The notes below the pieces were generated by a model, which had not been told where the DNA came from, did not search any database, and saw nothing but the letters and a program-made list of their open reading frames with translations. A program made the position numbers and the translations under genes. Below, one piece after another: positions 25,226-34,755 of a stretch of DNA of 64,000 bases (positions are counted from its first letter, which is position 1; every line of letters begins with the position of its first letter). The stretch comes from Acidimicrobiia bacterium. Its GTDB lineage: Bacteria > Actinomycetota > Acidimicrobiia > Spongiisociales > UBA5794. The stretch spans positions 6,850-70,849 of the forward strand of contig DATHUV010000004.1 of the NCBI GenBank assembly GCA_035461905.1, written 5' to 3'.

Positions 25226-26347
25226 TCACGACCGACCGATCCGGAACGGGCTCAGATCGAAGCGGCTTCCTCCGTCCGTTGCGAGGTCTACGAGGATCTC
25301 GCCGATCGTTGGAGCGAACTTGAAACCGTGTCCCGAGCACGGGCTCGCCACGAGGACCCGATCGTCTGCCGGATGCCGGTCGAGGATGAAGTCCTCGTCT
25401 GGCGTGTTGGTGTACATGCACACAGCGGATTCGATCACAGGACCTCTGGCTGAGGGAACGGTCGAGCTGAGGATCTCGAGCAGCTCGTCGACCTCGGAGG
25501 ATCCGACGTTCCGGTCGATTGTGTCCGGATCCACTGCCGCTCCCTCATGATGGATGGCGACCTTGACGCCGCGACCCTGGTCGGGGAACCCATAGAAGCT
25601 CCTCCCCGGCTCCCACTCCCACAGAAAGACGGGGAACCGGGACGGTTGGAACAGCTCACGGCCACCGGAGGGCTCCAGCCAGAACAGGACCTGCCGGTTC
25701 ACCGTGAGGGGCAGATCGACTCCGGTGAGGTCGCTAGCCATCCACGCCCCTGCGCTGAGGATGAGCCGATCAGCCCGGTACTGGCCGGCCGCCGTGCGCA
25801 CCTCCACGCTCGATCCGGACCCCCAACCCTCGACGGGCGTGTCATACAGGAGCACCGCCCCTCCCTGCTCGGCCAGCCGGATCGCAGCTTCGATTCCGGC
25901 CTCCGGCGTGAGTGATCCGGCGCGGGGTTCGTAGAGGCCCACGATGTCGTCGCCGACCTCGAACGCGGGAAACCGATGCCGGATCTGTGCACTTGTCAGC
26001 ACCTCTGCGTCGAGTCCGAACGCATCCATGCTGGCGATGGCCCCCGTGGCGACCAAGCCATCGGGCGGTCCGAGCATCAGCCCACCCGTCCGCAGGTAGA
26101 TCGTGGTGCCCGACTCCCGCTCGAGTTCCTCCCAGAGGGTGTACGCCTCCTGGACGAGGGGCACGTAGTAGCGCTGTTCGAAGTATGCCTCCCTGATGAT
26201 GCGACTGTGCCCGGTGGACGACCCGTGGGTGTGCGGAGGTCGGAACCGGTCGAACCCGATCACCCGCAACCCTCGACGAGTCGCCTGCCACGCCGCCATG
26301 CTGCCCATCGCGCCGAGCCCGACGATCGCCAGGTCGTACGGCTTCAT
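25226..26347 (-). CDS. FAD-dependent oxidase, monomeric sarcosine oxidase / N-methyltryptophan oxidase (MTOX/SolA) family
   Basis: Start chosen at MKPYDLAIVGLGAMGSMAAW (GxGxxG FAD motif) with a GCAGGAGGA RBS. The C-terminal covalent-flavin Cys region (SPCSGHGFKF) is typical of MSOX/MTOX. Confidence 0.8.
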   Translation of the reverse strand: MKPYDLAIVGLGAMGSMAAWQATRRGLRVIGFDRFRPPHTHGSSTGHSRIIREAYFEQRYYVPLVQEAYTLWEELERESGTTIYLRTGGLMLGPPDGLVATGAIASMDAFGLDAEVLTSAQIRHRFPAFEVGDDIVGLYEPRAGSLTPEAGIEAAIRLAEQGGAVLLYDTPVEGWGSGSSVEVRTAAGQYRADRLILSAGAWMASDLTGVDLPLTVNRQVLFWLEPSGGRELFQPSRFPVFLWEWEPGRSFYGFPDQGRGVKVAIHHEGAAVDPDTIDRNVGSSEVDELLEILSSTVPSARGPVIESAVCMYTNTPDEDFILDRHPADDRVLVASPCSGHGFKFAPTIGEILVDLATDGGSRFDLSPFRIGRS

Positions 26348-26448
26348 GGTCCTCCTGCGACAACTCGACGCTTCGGCTTGCGCGACGGCATTATTGCGCA
26401 GCCCACTGCGCCGCGTCGGACGCAAACGGCGTCGCCGGGTACATTGGA

Positions 26449-27195
26449 GTGGTGAGCATTGTCAAGGTGCCGTACTTCATGGGCGATCCCATGCATGGCT
26501 TCGAGGTTCCACAGCCTCATCAGACCCTGACGCCGGCGCTTCCCGACGGAACACCCCAGGAGCGCATGGCGGTCCTTTACGATCACCTCGCAAGCACGGT
26601 GCAGGTGATCGAGCATCCCATCGTCTACGCCGGGGACTGCGTGAGCATCATCGGGGTGCTCGCCGGACTCGAACGTCGAGGCATCCTCCCTACGATCTTC
26701 TTCTTCGACGCCCATGGGGATTTCAACACCTGGGACACCTCACCGTCGGGGTTCATCGGAGGCATGCCCCTCGCAATGGCGACCGGTCGAGGCGAGCAGA
26801 CGATCGTTCGGGGTACAGGCCTGACCCCCCTGCCGGATGACCGGGTCGTGCTCGTCGACGGTCGGAGCCTCGATCTCGGCGAGGATGAGGCGATCGCGGC
26901 GTCTGGAGTCACCGTCGTCTCCGTCGACTCCGTCGCCCACAGCATCCCACCGGAGGGTCCTATCTACGTCCATGTCGACGCAGACGTCGTCGACCCCCAG
27001 CACATGCCGGCAATGAACTACCCCGCCCCGGACGGCCCTTCGCTCGAGGCCGTGAGAAGGGCACTCATCCACCTCACAGTGTCCGGAAGGGTCGTCGCCT
27101 TCTCCGTGTCGTCCTGGAACCCGGCGCTCCCCGGTGCCGATGTGGCAGCGGCCGCGACACTCCAGCTCGCTGCACCATTCATCGCCGAGATCTGA
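26449..27195 (+). CDS. ureohydrolase (arginase/agmatinase/formiminoglutamase family)
   Basis: Mn-binding motifs DAHGD, GGMP and DADVVDP. Confidence 0.8.
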   Translation: MVSIVKVPYFMGDPMHGFEVPQPHQTLTPALPDGTPQERMAVLYDHLASTVQVIEHPIVYAGDCVSIIGVLAGLERRGILPTIFFFDAHGDFNTWDTSPSGFIGGMPLAMATGRGEQTIVRGTGLTPLPDDRVVLVDGRSLDLGEDEAIAASGVTVVSVDSVAHSIPPEGPIYVHVDADVVDPQHMPAMNYPAPDGPSLEAVRRALIHLTVSGRVVAFSVSSWNPALPGADVAAAATLQLAAPFIAEI

Positions 27196-27266
27196 GGATC
27201 ATCCTCCCGCAGGCTTCGGCATGCCGGCGCCTCCAGCATTGGGAGCGGTCCGCCATTGGAGTGGAA

Positions 27267-28409
27267 CTACTTCTGGGCTGAAGCCACCGCTCGCAGGACC
27301 CTGGGCAAGAAGCGGAAAGGCAGCGGTGGCTGCGCCACATCGAACGTCCCCGCAACGACGACGGCCAGATCCGGGCAGTGGAACAGCCACGTGGCGGTTG
27401 AACCGCTGTGTCCGATCAGCGGCGGAACGGGGAACAGCGGAGACATCCAGCGAGCGGGGGCGTACCGCATCACCCCCAGTCCGTACTCCACGGGGAAGAA
27501 CACCCGGTTGGTCCGTGTCCACATCCGGGGCCATGTCCCGGGATCCTTGAAGACCTGCCCACTCACGATCGAAGTCATGAACCGGAGCTGGTCGTCGAGC
27601 GTGGAGATGATGCCGCCATCGGCCTTCTGGTGGGTGAGCGCCCCGCCAGGTTGCAGAACGACGTCCTTCGCCCATACTCGGGCATCGGGCTCGGGACTCG
27701 CCCCGGACGTCGGTGGATGTGGATAGGACGACGTCGAGTCGAGCCCAAGCGGAACGAAGACATGGTCGGCGAAGACCTGGTGCAACGGCTGGCCGGTTCG
27801 CCGCTCGAGGATCGCCCCGAGCAGCTGGTAGTTGGTGTCCGTGTAGCGAGCCTTGGCTTTCGCAGCCGTGAGATCTTGCGGCGGGAAGTGGGGAGAGAGC
27901 TCGTCCCGCACGATCCGGAGGACCTCGTCGAAGGGAACCGGCACGTCCTCGCCGGCCAGCAGCCGAGCCTGCGGACTCGGTTGGCCTCGAGGTGCCTCCT
28001 CGTAGTAGTCGGGGAGGCCCGACGTATGGCTGAGAAGGTGAGCGACGGTGATGTCACCGGTCCGATCCACCCCATCGAGGATGTGGAGATCGGCGGTGAG
28101 GTCGTCGGGTAGGCAGTCGACCATCCGGTCGTCCAAACCGAGGTGGCCCGCTTCGACGAGACGCATGGCGACTACCGCGGTGTAGAGCTTCGTGACGGAA
28201 GCGATGGGATAGCGGGAAGCGGGTGTGGCGGACGTTCCCTCGGGATCGAGCACGCCGTGGCCTGCCGTCCACTGCCAGCCACCGTCGTCTGTGGCAATCC
28301 CCATCAGCCCGTGGCGCACGTAGCGTCCCCGGTCCACCGCCCGTCGCAACAAGCCGTCCAGGCGCCCGGTCAGTTCCTCATCGAAGGCCATGCCGGGAGT
28401 GTCCCACAC
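27267..28409 (-). CDS. serine hydrolase, beta-lactamase/PBP (class C-like) family
   Basis: SxxK active-site motif (ASVTK) near the N-terminus, YxN-like and HxG elements; 380 aa. Confidence 0.8.
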   Translation of the reverse strand: MWDTPGMAFDEELTGRLDGLLRRAVDRGRYVRHGLMGIATDDGGWQWTAGHGVLDPEGTSATPASRYPIASVTKLYTAVVAMRLVEAGHLGLDDRMVDCLPDDLTADLHILDGVDRTGDITVAHLLSHTSGLPDYYEEAPRGQPSPQARLLAGEDVPVPFDEVLRIVRDELSPHFPPQDLTAAKAKARYTDTNYQLLGAILERRTGQPLHQVFADHVFVPLGLDSTSSYPHPPTSGASPEPDARVWAKDVVLQPGGALTHQKADGGIISTLDDQLRFMTSIVSGQVFKDPGTWPRMWTRTNRVFFPVEYGLGVMRYAPARWMSPLFPVPPLIGHSGSTATWLFHCPDLAVVVAGTFDVAQPPLPFRFLPRVLRAVASAQK

Positions 28410-28446
28410 CTCGATCCTCGACGGCCAATCACTGACGGGGGTGAGG

Positions 28447-29112
28447 TCACACCTTGATGTCGACGATCAGTGCGCTGTGGTCGGTGCCCGCGATACGGGT
28501 CACCTCGGTCGAGATCGGCATGGCGCCAGCGACGAAAGCGTGGTCGATACGGAGCAATCGGGGACCGCCCAGGAAGTGGGACCAGGTCGCCCGTGTAGTG
28601 CGGGTGTGGCGTGCTGCGTCGGTGCCGAGGGCGGCGAGCCCCTTGTACTCGCGCCACTGAGGCGTCGAGTTCATGTCCCCGACGATCACCCTCGCACCGG
28701 TGCGTTCCCCGTAGCCCTCCGTCAGGCCGGCGAGCTGACCGCGTCTCGCCGCTCGGGACGCGGACCATGGCCAGTCGATCGGGTTGGTGAGATGCACGTT
28801 GACGACCTCGAATGGCGCGTCGAGTCCCGGCCAGGAGGCCGGTTCGAGCACTGCGGACCATCCGGACCGCTTCGGGAGCACGACGGGCACCACGGCGACG
28901 GGATGGAGAGTCGCGATCCCCAGTCCGAAGCCATCCGCACGCGGTTCGAGGTGACCGTGGGGGTGGGAGGCGGCGATCACCCCCGCCAGGCCCGGACCCA
29001 GCTCCTGAACGGCGACGACGTCGGGTCGTGCGTCCGCGATTGTGCGTCGTAGGGCGTCGGGATCGGCGCGGTCGACGAGGAGGTTCGCCGACATGATGCG
29101 AAGTCTGGCCAT
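28447..29112 (-). CDS. endonuclease/exonuclease/phosphatase (EEP) family protein
   Basis: Start taken at MARLRIMSANLL; EEP catalytic elements present (VVAVQE, GDMNS, SDH). Upstream of this Met the ORF is an Arg-rich shadow extension. Confidence 0.7.
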   Translation of the reverse strand: MARLRIMSANLLVDRADPDALRRTIADARPDVVAVQELGPGLAGVIAASHPHGHLEPRADGFGLGIATLHPVAVVPVVLPKRSGWSAVLEPASWPGLDAPFEVVNVHLTNPIDWPWSASRAARRGQLAGLTEGYGERTGARVIVGDMNSTPQWREYKGLAALGTDAARHTRTTRATWSHFLGGPRLLRIDHAFVAGAMPISTEVTRIAGTDHSALIVDIKV

Positions 29113-29171
29113 GGCGCCGTGAGGGTACCGCCGACGAGCCGGCCCGAGACGAGCCGGCCTAACCTGACGCC

Positions 29172-29588
29172 GTGGAGATACGGCGCCTCGACCCCGACGA
29201 CGCGACGCTCGTCCTTGACGCTGCGTACCTCTTCGACAGTGAGCCCACACCCGCGTGGACAAGCGAGTTCCTCGCGAGGGACGACCACCACCTCCTCGTG
29301 GCGTTCATCGAAGGCGAACCGGTGGGCTTCGTTTCGGGAGTCGAGATCGTCCATCCCGACAAACAGAACGAGATGCTCCTGTACGAGCTCGGTGTCGACG
29401 AGAACCATCGGCGTCGCGGGATCGGCACGAAGCTCGTCGAGGCGTTGAAGGCGCTCGCGATCGAGCGCGGCAGTCGGGGCATGTGGGTGGTGATCGACGA
29501 TGCGGACGAGGTTGCGGCGTCGACCTACCTCACCACCGGAGCGACCGAACGCGAACGGGCCGAGGTCATCACGTGGGACTTCCGATAG
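29172..29588 (+). CDS. GNAT-family N-acetyltransferase
   Basis: Acetyl-CoA-binding motif HRRRGIGTKLV (R/Q-x-x-G-x-G/A). 138 aa, GTG start. Confidence 0.8.
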   Translation: MEIRRLDPDDATLVLDAAYLFDSEPTPAWTSEFLARDDHHLLVAFIEGEPVGFVSGVEIVHPDKQNEMLLYELGVDENHRRRGIGTKLVEALKALAIERGSRGMWVVIDDADEVAASTYLTTGATERERAEVITWDFR

Positions 29589-29592
29589 CCTC

Positions 29593-30711
29593 CTACCGCT
29601 GCTGATCGCTCGGATCGTCCGGCAGCCTCTTCGCTGGCGATGAGGATCGCAACGGCATGGTGGAGATCTCGAAGACGGCTCCCGTGACGTGGGCGGGAGT
29701 CCACGCCGCTTCGATCAGACCCCTGCCGAGCGTCGCTCCCGCAGCCCGGCCCGAGGGCCGGCGGATCCAATCCGCTGCGATGAACACGCCGAGAGACAGG
29801 GCTGCAATCACGATCATCACCACCACGACCACGATCCATCCCCACTCCACGTCGAGTCCCGGCATCGACACGAAGTTCATGCCGAAGAAGCCGGTGATCA
29901 GGCTGAGCGGGAGCATGATGGCCGCATAGACCGTGAGGACCTTCGTCACGTCCGTGGCCTTCCGTGCCTCGGCCCCGCGGTAGGCGTCCAGCGTCTCCGC
30001 CAGGAACCCGCGAGCGATGATGAGCTCGGTCGCTGCGCGATCGGCGACATCGAACACGTCCGAGAACCTGCGCCGACCCTCAGCAGTGATGAGCGCGGAG
30101 GAGGTGAGCCGAAGGAGGTCGAAGACCTCGCGCTGTGGATGGACGACACGTCGAAGGGCCGAGAGATCCGATCGGATCGCCGTGATCTCACCAATCGTTC
30201 GGACGTCCGCTGTCAGGGCGAGCTCAATGAGACCATCGACCTTGTCATCGAACTGTTCGAGGACCGCCAGGAGGCGCCGTTCGACGACGTCGGCGAGGTG
30301 ACCGGCGAGGAGGTCGACCGTGCCCGCGGCGAGTGCTGCGTTGTTCTGGACCTCACTCCACAGTGCGTCGATCGCGGGCGCGGCTTCATGCCGGATCGTC
30401 ACCAGCGTGTCGGTGGTCAGGAAGCAATCGACCTCATACGTTCGGACCTCTCCGATGCGCAGGCCGTGCAAGACGATGAGCATGTGTGATCCGAAGTCGT
30501 CGACCTTCGGAAGGTCGGACTCGTCGACAGCGTCGCGCAGCCCAAGGGGATCGAGGTGGAGGCGGTCGAGGTAGGCCGCGATCTCCTCGCTCGAGGAACC
30601 GCCCACCTCGATGTCGATCCATGTCCAGCGCGGAGATGGAAGGGAGTCGAACCGATCCACCTCGTGCGCGGCAGATCCATCCGGCTGACTGACGAGGATC
30701 CGTGCATTCAC
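29593..30711 (-). CDS. corA: CorA-family Mg2+/Co2+ transporter
   Basis: C-terminal two-TM region with the GMNF (GMN) signature (FFGMNFVSMP); 372 aa. Confidence 0.85.
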   Translation of the reverse strand: MNARILVSQPDGSAAHEVDRFDSLPSPRWTWIDIEVGGSSSEEIAAYLDRLHLDPLGLRDAVDESDLPKVDDFGSHMLIVLHGLRIGEVRTYEVDCFLTTDTLVTIRHEAAPAIDALWSEVQNNAALAAGTVDLLAGHLADVVERRLLAVLEQFDDKVDGLIELALTADVRTIGEITAIRSDLSALRRVVHPQREVFDLLRLTSSALITAEGRRRFSDVFDVADRAATELIIARGFLAETLDAYRGAEARKATDVTKVLTVYAAIMLPLSLITGFFGMNFVSMPGLDVEWGWIVVVVVMIVIAALSLGVFIAADWIRRPSGRAAGATLGRGLIEAAWTPAHVTGAVFEISTMPLRSSSPAKRLPDDPSDQQR

Positions 30712-30765
30712 ACCATCATCATTGCGGAGAGCCTGCCGTTGACCAATGACCTCACGTCGCCGCCG

Positions 30766-32595
30766 CTACTTCTGCTTGAGGCGCCTTCGTTCCGACTCGG
30801 TCAAGTAGCGCTTGCGAACGCGAACGGACTTCGGGGTCACCTCGACGAGCTCGTCGTCGGAAATCCACTCGATCGCGATATCCAGGGTCAGGTCACGCGG
30901 CGGTTTCAGCTTTATCGCCTCGTCCGTCGAATGGGTACGGATGTTGGTGAGCTCCTTGCCCTTCGTCGGGTTCACCTGCATCTCGCCTGGCCTCGACGCC
31001 TCACCGATGATCATCCCCTCGTACACGTCGACGCCGGGTCCAATGAACAGCTCTCCCCGCTTCTGGAGGTTGTCGAGGGCGAAGCCGGTCGACGTGCCGA
31101 TCCGGTCGGCGACCATGGCCCCACCCGCTCGATGGGGCAGCTCACCGGCCCACGGCATCCACCCAGCGTGGTTCTGGTGCACCAGTGCGGTCCCGCGCGT
31201 CGCGGTCATGAGCAAGGAACGGAAGCCGAGTAGACCGCGAGCCGGTGCCTCGACGGTGACGATCGTGCGCCCGCTGTCACCGGGCCGCATGTCGGTCATC
31301 CTGCCCTTGCGCGGCGACACGGCCTGTGTGACCGTGCCGACGTACTCGTCGGGAACGTCGACGACGGCACGCTCGAGCGGTTCCTGTGGCTTGCCGTCGA
31401 TCTCACGGATGATCACCTCGGGCCTGCTCACCTGAAGCTCGAATCCCTCCCTGCGCATGTTCTCGATGAGCACGGCGAGCTGGAGCTCCCCACGTCCTGC
31501 CACCTCGATGATCTCAGGTGACGACGTGTTCCCGATGCGGATCGAGACGTTCCCGAGCACTTCACGTTCGAGACGATCGCGTATCTGACGGGACGTGAGG
31601 AACGACCCGTCCTTCCCTGCGAGTGGCGAGGTGTTGACCCCGAATGTCATCCGCAGAACGGGTTCGTCGACCTTGAGCCTCGGGAGGGGTTTGGGATCCT
31701 TCACATCGGCGAGGGTGTCGCCGATCTCCACCTCGGGGAAACCCGCAACAACGAAGAGGTCACCCGCGGTTCGATCCGCAACGTCGACTCGTCCGAGGCC
31801 CTCGAAGCCCATCAGCTGGGTGAGCCTGCGTTTGAGGGGCGGCTCCTCCTCGTTTGCGTGACAGAGCGCGACCTGCTCACCGCTGCGGAGCGTCCCCTCG
31901 ACGACACGTCCGATCGCGAGCCTTCCCAGGTAGTCCGAGGCGTCGAGGTTCGTGACGATCGCCTGCAGCGGCGCATCGGAATCACCCGCGGGGCCCGGGA
32001 TCGTCTCGACGATCGCGTCGAGGAGGGGGCTGAGGTCAGCATCGTCAGGCGGGATCCCGAGACCCACGATGGCGCGACCCTCGCGTGCGATCGTCGAGAT
32101 GATGGGGAATTCGATGTGCTTGTCTGCGGCGTCGAGGTCGAAGAACAGCTGGTAGACCTCGTCGACGACGGCATCGATACGGGCGTCCTTGCGGTCCACC
32201 TTGTTGACAACGACGACCGTGGGAAGCTGCAGGGCGAGGGCCTTCTGGAGGACATAGCGGGTCTGGGGCATCGGACCCTCGGCTGCGTCGACCAGGAGCA
32301 GCACGCCGTCGACCATTGCCAGGGCCCGCTCGACCTCACCTCCGAAGTCGGCGTGGCCAGGTGTGTCGACGAGGTTGATGCGCGTCCCGTGCCACTCCAC
32401 CGATGCGGCCTTGGCGAGGATCGTGATCCCTCGCTCGCGTTCCTGGTCGTCGGAGTCCATCACCCGATCGACGAGCGCGTCGTGCTCGGCGAACACGCCC
32501 GTCGCGCGCAACATGGCATCGACCAGGGTGGTCTTGCCATGGTCGACGTGCGCGATCAACGCGACATTGCGAAAGGGAGCGGACATCAGACTCAT
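30766..32595 (-). CDS. typA: translational GTPase TypA/BipA
   Basis: G1 AHVDHGKTT, G3 DTPGHADF, G4 NKVD; EF-G-like domain organisation and a C-terminal BipA-specific region. Start is ATG at 32595 or 32586; the listed ORF extends a further ~20 codons upstream. Confidence 0.9.
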   Translation of the reverse strand: MSLMSAPFRNVALIAHVDHGKTTLVDAMLRATGVFAEHDALVDRVMDSDDQERERGITILAKAASVEWHGTRINLVDTPGHADFGGEVERALAMVDGVLLLVDAAEGPMPQTRYVLQKALALQLPTVVVVNKVDRKDARIDAVVDEVYQLFFDLDAADKHIEFPIISTIAREGRAIVGLGIPPDDADLSPLLDAIVETIPGPAGDSDAPLQAIVTNLDASDYLGRLAIGRVVEGTLRSGEQVALCHANEEEPPLKRRLTQLMGFEGLGRVDVADRTAGDLFVVAGFPEVEIGDTLADVKDPKPLPRLKVDEPVLRMTFGVNTSPLAGKDGSFLTSRQIRDRLEREVLGNVSIRIGNTSSPEIIEVAGRGELQLAVLIENMRREGFELQVSRPEVIIREIDGKPQEPLERAVVDVPDEYVGTVTQAVSPRKGRMTDMRPGDSGRTIVTVEAPARGLLGFRSLLMTATRGTALVHQNHAGWMPWAGELPHRAGGAMVADRIGTSTGFALDNLQKRGELFIGPGVDVYEGMIIGEASRPGEMQVNPTKGKELTNIRTHSTDEAIKLKPPRDLTLDIAIEWISDDELVEVTPKSVRVRKRYLTESERRRLKQK

Positions 32596-32643
32596 GAGCC
32601 TACGCCGACTCCCGTCGTTTGCATCCCGGCATGCCGTGTCAAT

Positions 32644-32659
32644 GGTGTCGGCAGACACC
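32644..32659. promoter_or_regulatory. palindrome GGTGTC-ggca-GACACC in the typA upstream region
   Basis: Directly visible. A second similar palindrome lies at 32771..32786 in the same divergent promoter region. Confidence 0.25.
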
Positions 32660-32770
32660 CGGACATCGGAGTACCAACACCAGCGCCATCAGGGGTAGGT
32701 CGCGACGTGAGAATCCTCAACGGTGTCGGACAGGCCGTCCCTGCCGCAGATGGGCGTTCACCGGCAATGA

Positions 32771-32786
32771 CGTGTCCAGTGACACG
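32771..32786. promoter_or_regulatory. palindrome CGTGTC-cagt-GACACG, ~70 nt upstream of the FG-GAP protein gene
   Basis: Directly visible; same GTGTC-N4-GACAC architecture as 32644..32659. Confidence 0.25.
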
Positions 32787-32853
32787 ACCCGCTCGTTCGG
32801 GTAGTTCTGGAAAAACGTGGAGAGGCCTCGCTGGATTCGGCTAGGGTCGCACC

Positions 32854-34707
32854 ATGAAGCGACTCCGTTCTCGGTCGTGGCTGCGGCTGCTCCCAGCGTT
32901 CGTGACAATACTGTCCGTCGTGTCGCTCGCCGGACCGGCGAGCGGAGGCGTCGACGGCGACGGCCACGTCGACATCGTCTTCGCCAACACAGGCCAGAGC
33001 GATCGGGTGTGTCTCGGTGACGGGGTGGGTGCGTTCTTCTGCGCCGACGTCAGCCCCGACACGGGCGCCAGCGGGAGCGTGGCCGTGGGCGACGTCAACG
33101 GCGACGGCAACCTCGACGCCGTCTTCGCCAATTACAGCGAACGGAACAGGGTATGCCTCGGTGACGGGAAGGGCTCGTTCACCTGCGCCGACGTCAGCAC
33201 CGACACCGACGCCAGCGGGAGCGTGGCGGTGGGCGACGTCGACGGCGACGGCAACCTGGACGCCGTATTCGGCAACTACGGCCTCGCGAGAGACCAGGTG
33301 TGCCTCGGTGACGGAATGGGCTCATTCTCCTGCAGCGACGTCAGCCTCGACACCAACACCACGGTGGGCGTCGCGCTCGGGGATATCGACGGCGACGGCA
33401 ACCTGGACGCCGTCTTCGCCAACTACAACGAGCGTGACCGGCTGTGCCGCGGTCATGGCAACGGAACGTTCACGTGCAGCGACGTCAGCGCCGACTTCAA
33501 CTTCAGCTTCGGGGTGGCGTTGGGTGACGTCGACGGCGACGGTCATCTCGACGCTGTCTTCGCCAACTACTTCTCCCAGGTGAACCGCGTGTGCCGCGGA
33601 AACGGCGCAGGCGCCTTCTTCTGCGCCAACGTGGGAACCGACGCCCACTCCTCTCGGGCCGTGGCGTTGGGTGACGTCAACGGCGACGGCCACCTCGACG
33701 CCGTCTTCGCCAACGACCAAACCGCTTCCGGCGGCGAGCTGAACCGGGTGTGTCTGGGGAGCGGGACGGGCTCGTTCACCTGCAGCGACGTCAGCGTCGA
33801 CCTGAACGACACGAGCGGCGTGGCCCTGGGTGATGTGAACGGAGATGGGGATCTTGATGCCGTGTTCGCCAACCGCGCCGAGCGTGACCGGGTGTGTCTC
33901 GGTGACGGAGCAGGCGGCTTCACCTGCAGCGACGTCAGCGACGCTACGAGCGACACCAGCGGCGTGGCCTTGGCCTTCCCGACGCCGCCGTCCGCCCCGA
34001 CTTCAGTGGGTTTGGTGGATCCCTCGCAAGGCTTCTGGACGTTGTATGGCGCCTCGGGGTCGGTGGCGGCGTCGTTCTTCTACGGCAATCCGGGTGACTA
34101 CCCGATCCTGGGTGACTGGAACTGTGACGGCATCGACACGCCGGGGATGTATCGGCAGTCCGACGGGTTCGTGTACCTACGAAACAGCAATAGCCAGGGG
34201 ATCGGGGACATCCGGTTCTTCTTCGGCAACCCGGGAGACATCCCCATCGTCGGGGACTTCAACGGCAACGGGTGCGACACGGTAGGGATCTACCGACCGT
34301 CCGAGGGCAGGTTCTACATCATCAACGAATTAGGGGAGAACGAGGGTGGTTTGGGTGCTGCCGAGTTCAACTACCTGTTCGGCAACCCCGGCGACAAACC
34401 GTTCATCGGCGACTTCGACGGCGACGGGGTGGACACCGTCGGGTTGCACCGGGAATCGACCGGGTTCGTGTACTTCCGCAACAGCCATACCCAGGGAATC
34501 GCGGACTCGCAGTTCTTCTTCGGTGACCCGGGCGACCGGTTGGTGGCAGGGGACTGGGGACTCGTCGACGGGGTAGATACCCCTGCGGTCTTCCGACCGG
34601 CCAATGCCACGTTCTACTTCCGGCACACCAATACCCAGGGCAACGCCGACGCCACCCTGACGGTCGGCCAATCCCCATGGCTCCCCGTCGCCGGCACCTT
34701 CGACTAA
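32854..34707 (+). CDS. secreted protein: signal peptide, ~8 Cys-containing FG-GAP/VCBS-like repeats, then a ~210-aa C-terminal module of 5 FG-GAP-like repeats
   Basis: N-terminal signal peptide; repeated GDVNGDGNLDAVFAN...RVCLGDG...F.C.DVS units about every 58 aa. The C-terminal module (FFFGNPGDIPIVGDFNGNGCDTVGIYR...) is ~65% identical to the C-terminus of the protein at 52670..54550. Confidence 0.75.
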   Translation: MKRLRSRSWLRLLPAFVTILSVVSLAGPASGGVDGDGHVDIVFANTGQSDRVCLGDGVGAFFCADVSPDTGASGSVAVGDVNGDGNLDAVFANYSERNRVCLGDGKGSFTCADVSTDTDASGSVAVGDVDGDGNLDAVFGNYGLARDQVCLGDGMGSFSCSDVSLDTNTTVGVALGDIDGDGNLDAVFANYNERDRLCRGHGNGTFTCSDVSADFNFSFGVALGDVDGDGHLDAVFANYFSQVNRVCRGNGAGAFFCANVGTDAHSSRAVALGDVNGDGHLDAVFANDQTASGGELNRVCLGSGTGSFTCSDVSVDLNDTSGVALGDVNGDGDLDAVFANRAERDRVCLGDGAGGFTCSDVSDATSDTSGVALAFPTPPSAPTSVGLVDPSQGFWTLYGASGSVAASFFYGNPGDYPILGDWNCDGIDTPGMYRQSDGFVYLRNSNSQGIGDIRFFFGNPGDIPIVGDFNGNGCDTVGIYRPSEGRFYIINELGENEGGLGAAEFNYLFGNPGDKPFIGDFDGDGVDTVGLHRESTGFVYFRNSHTQGIADSQFFFGDPGDRLVAGDWGLVDGVDTPAVFRPANATFYFRHTNTQGNADATLTVGQSPWLPVAGTFD

Positions 34708-34755
34708 CAGAAACCAACCAGGAGTCGTCGGGGCTCCGGTAGTTCGGGCGCGGCG

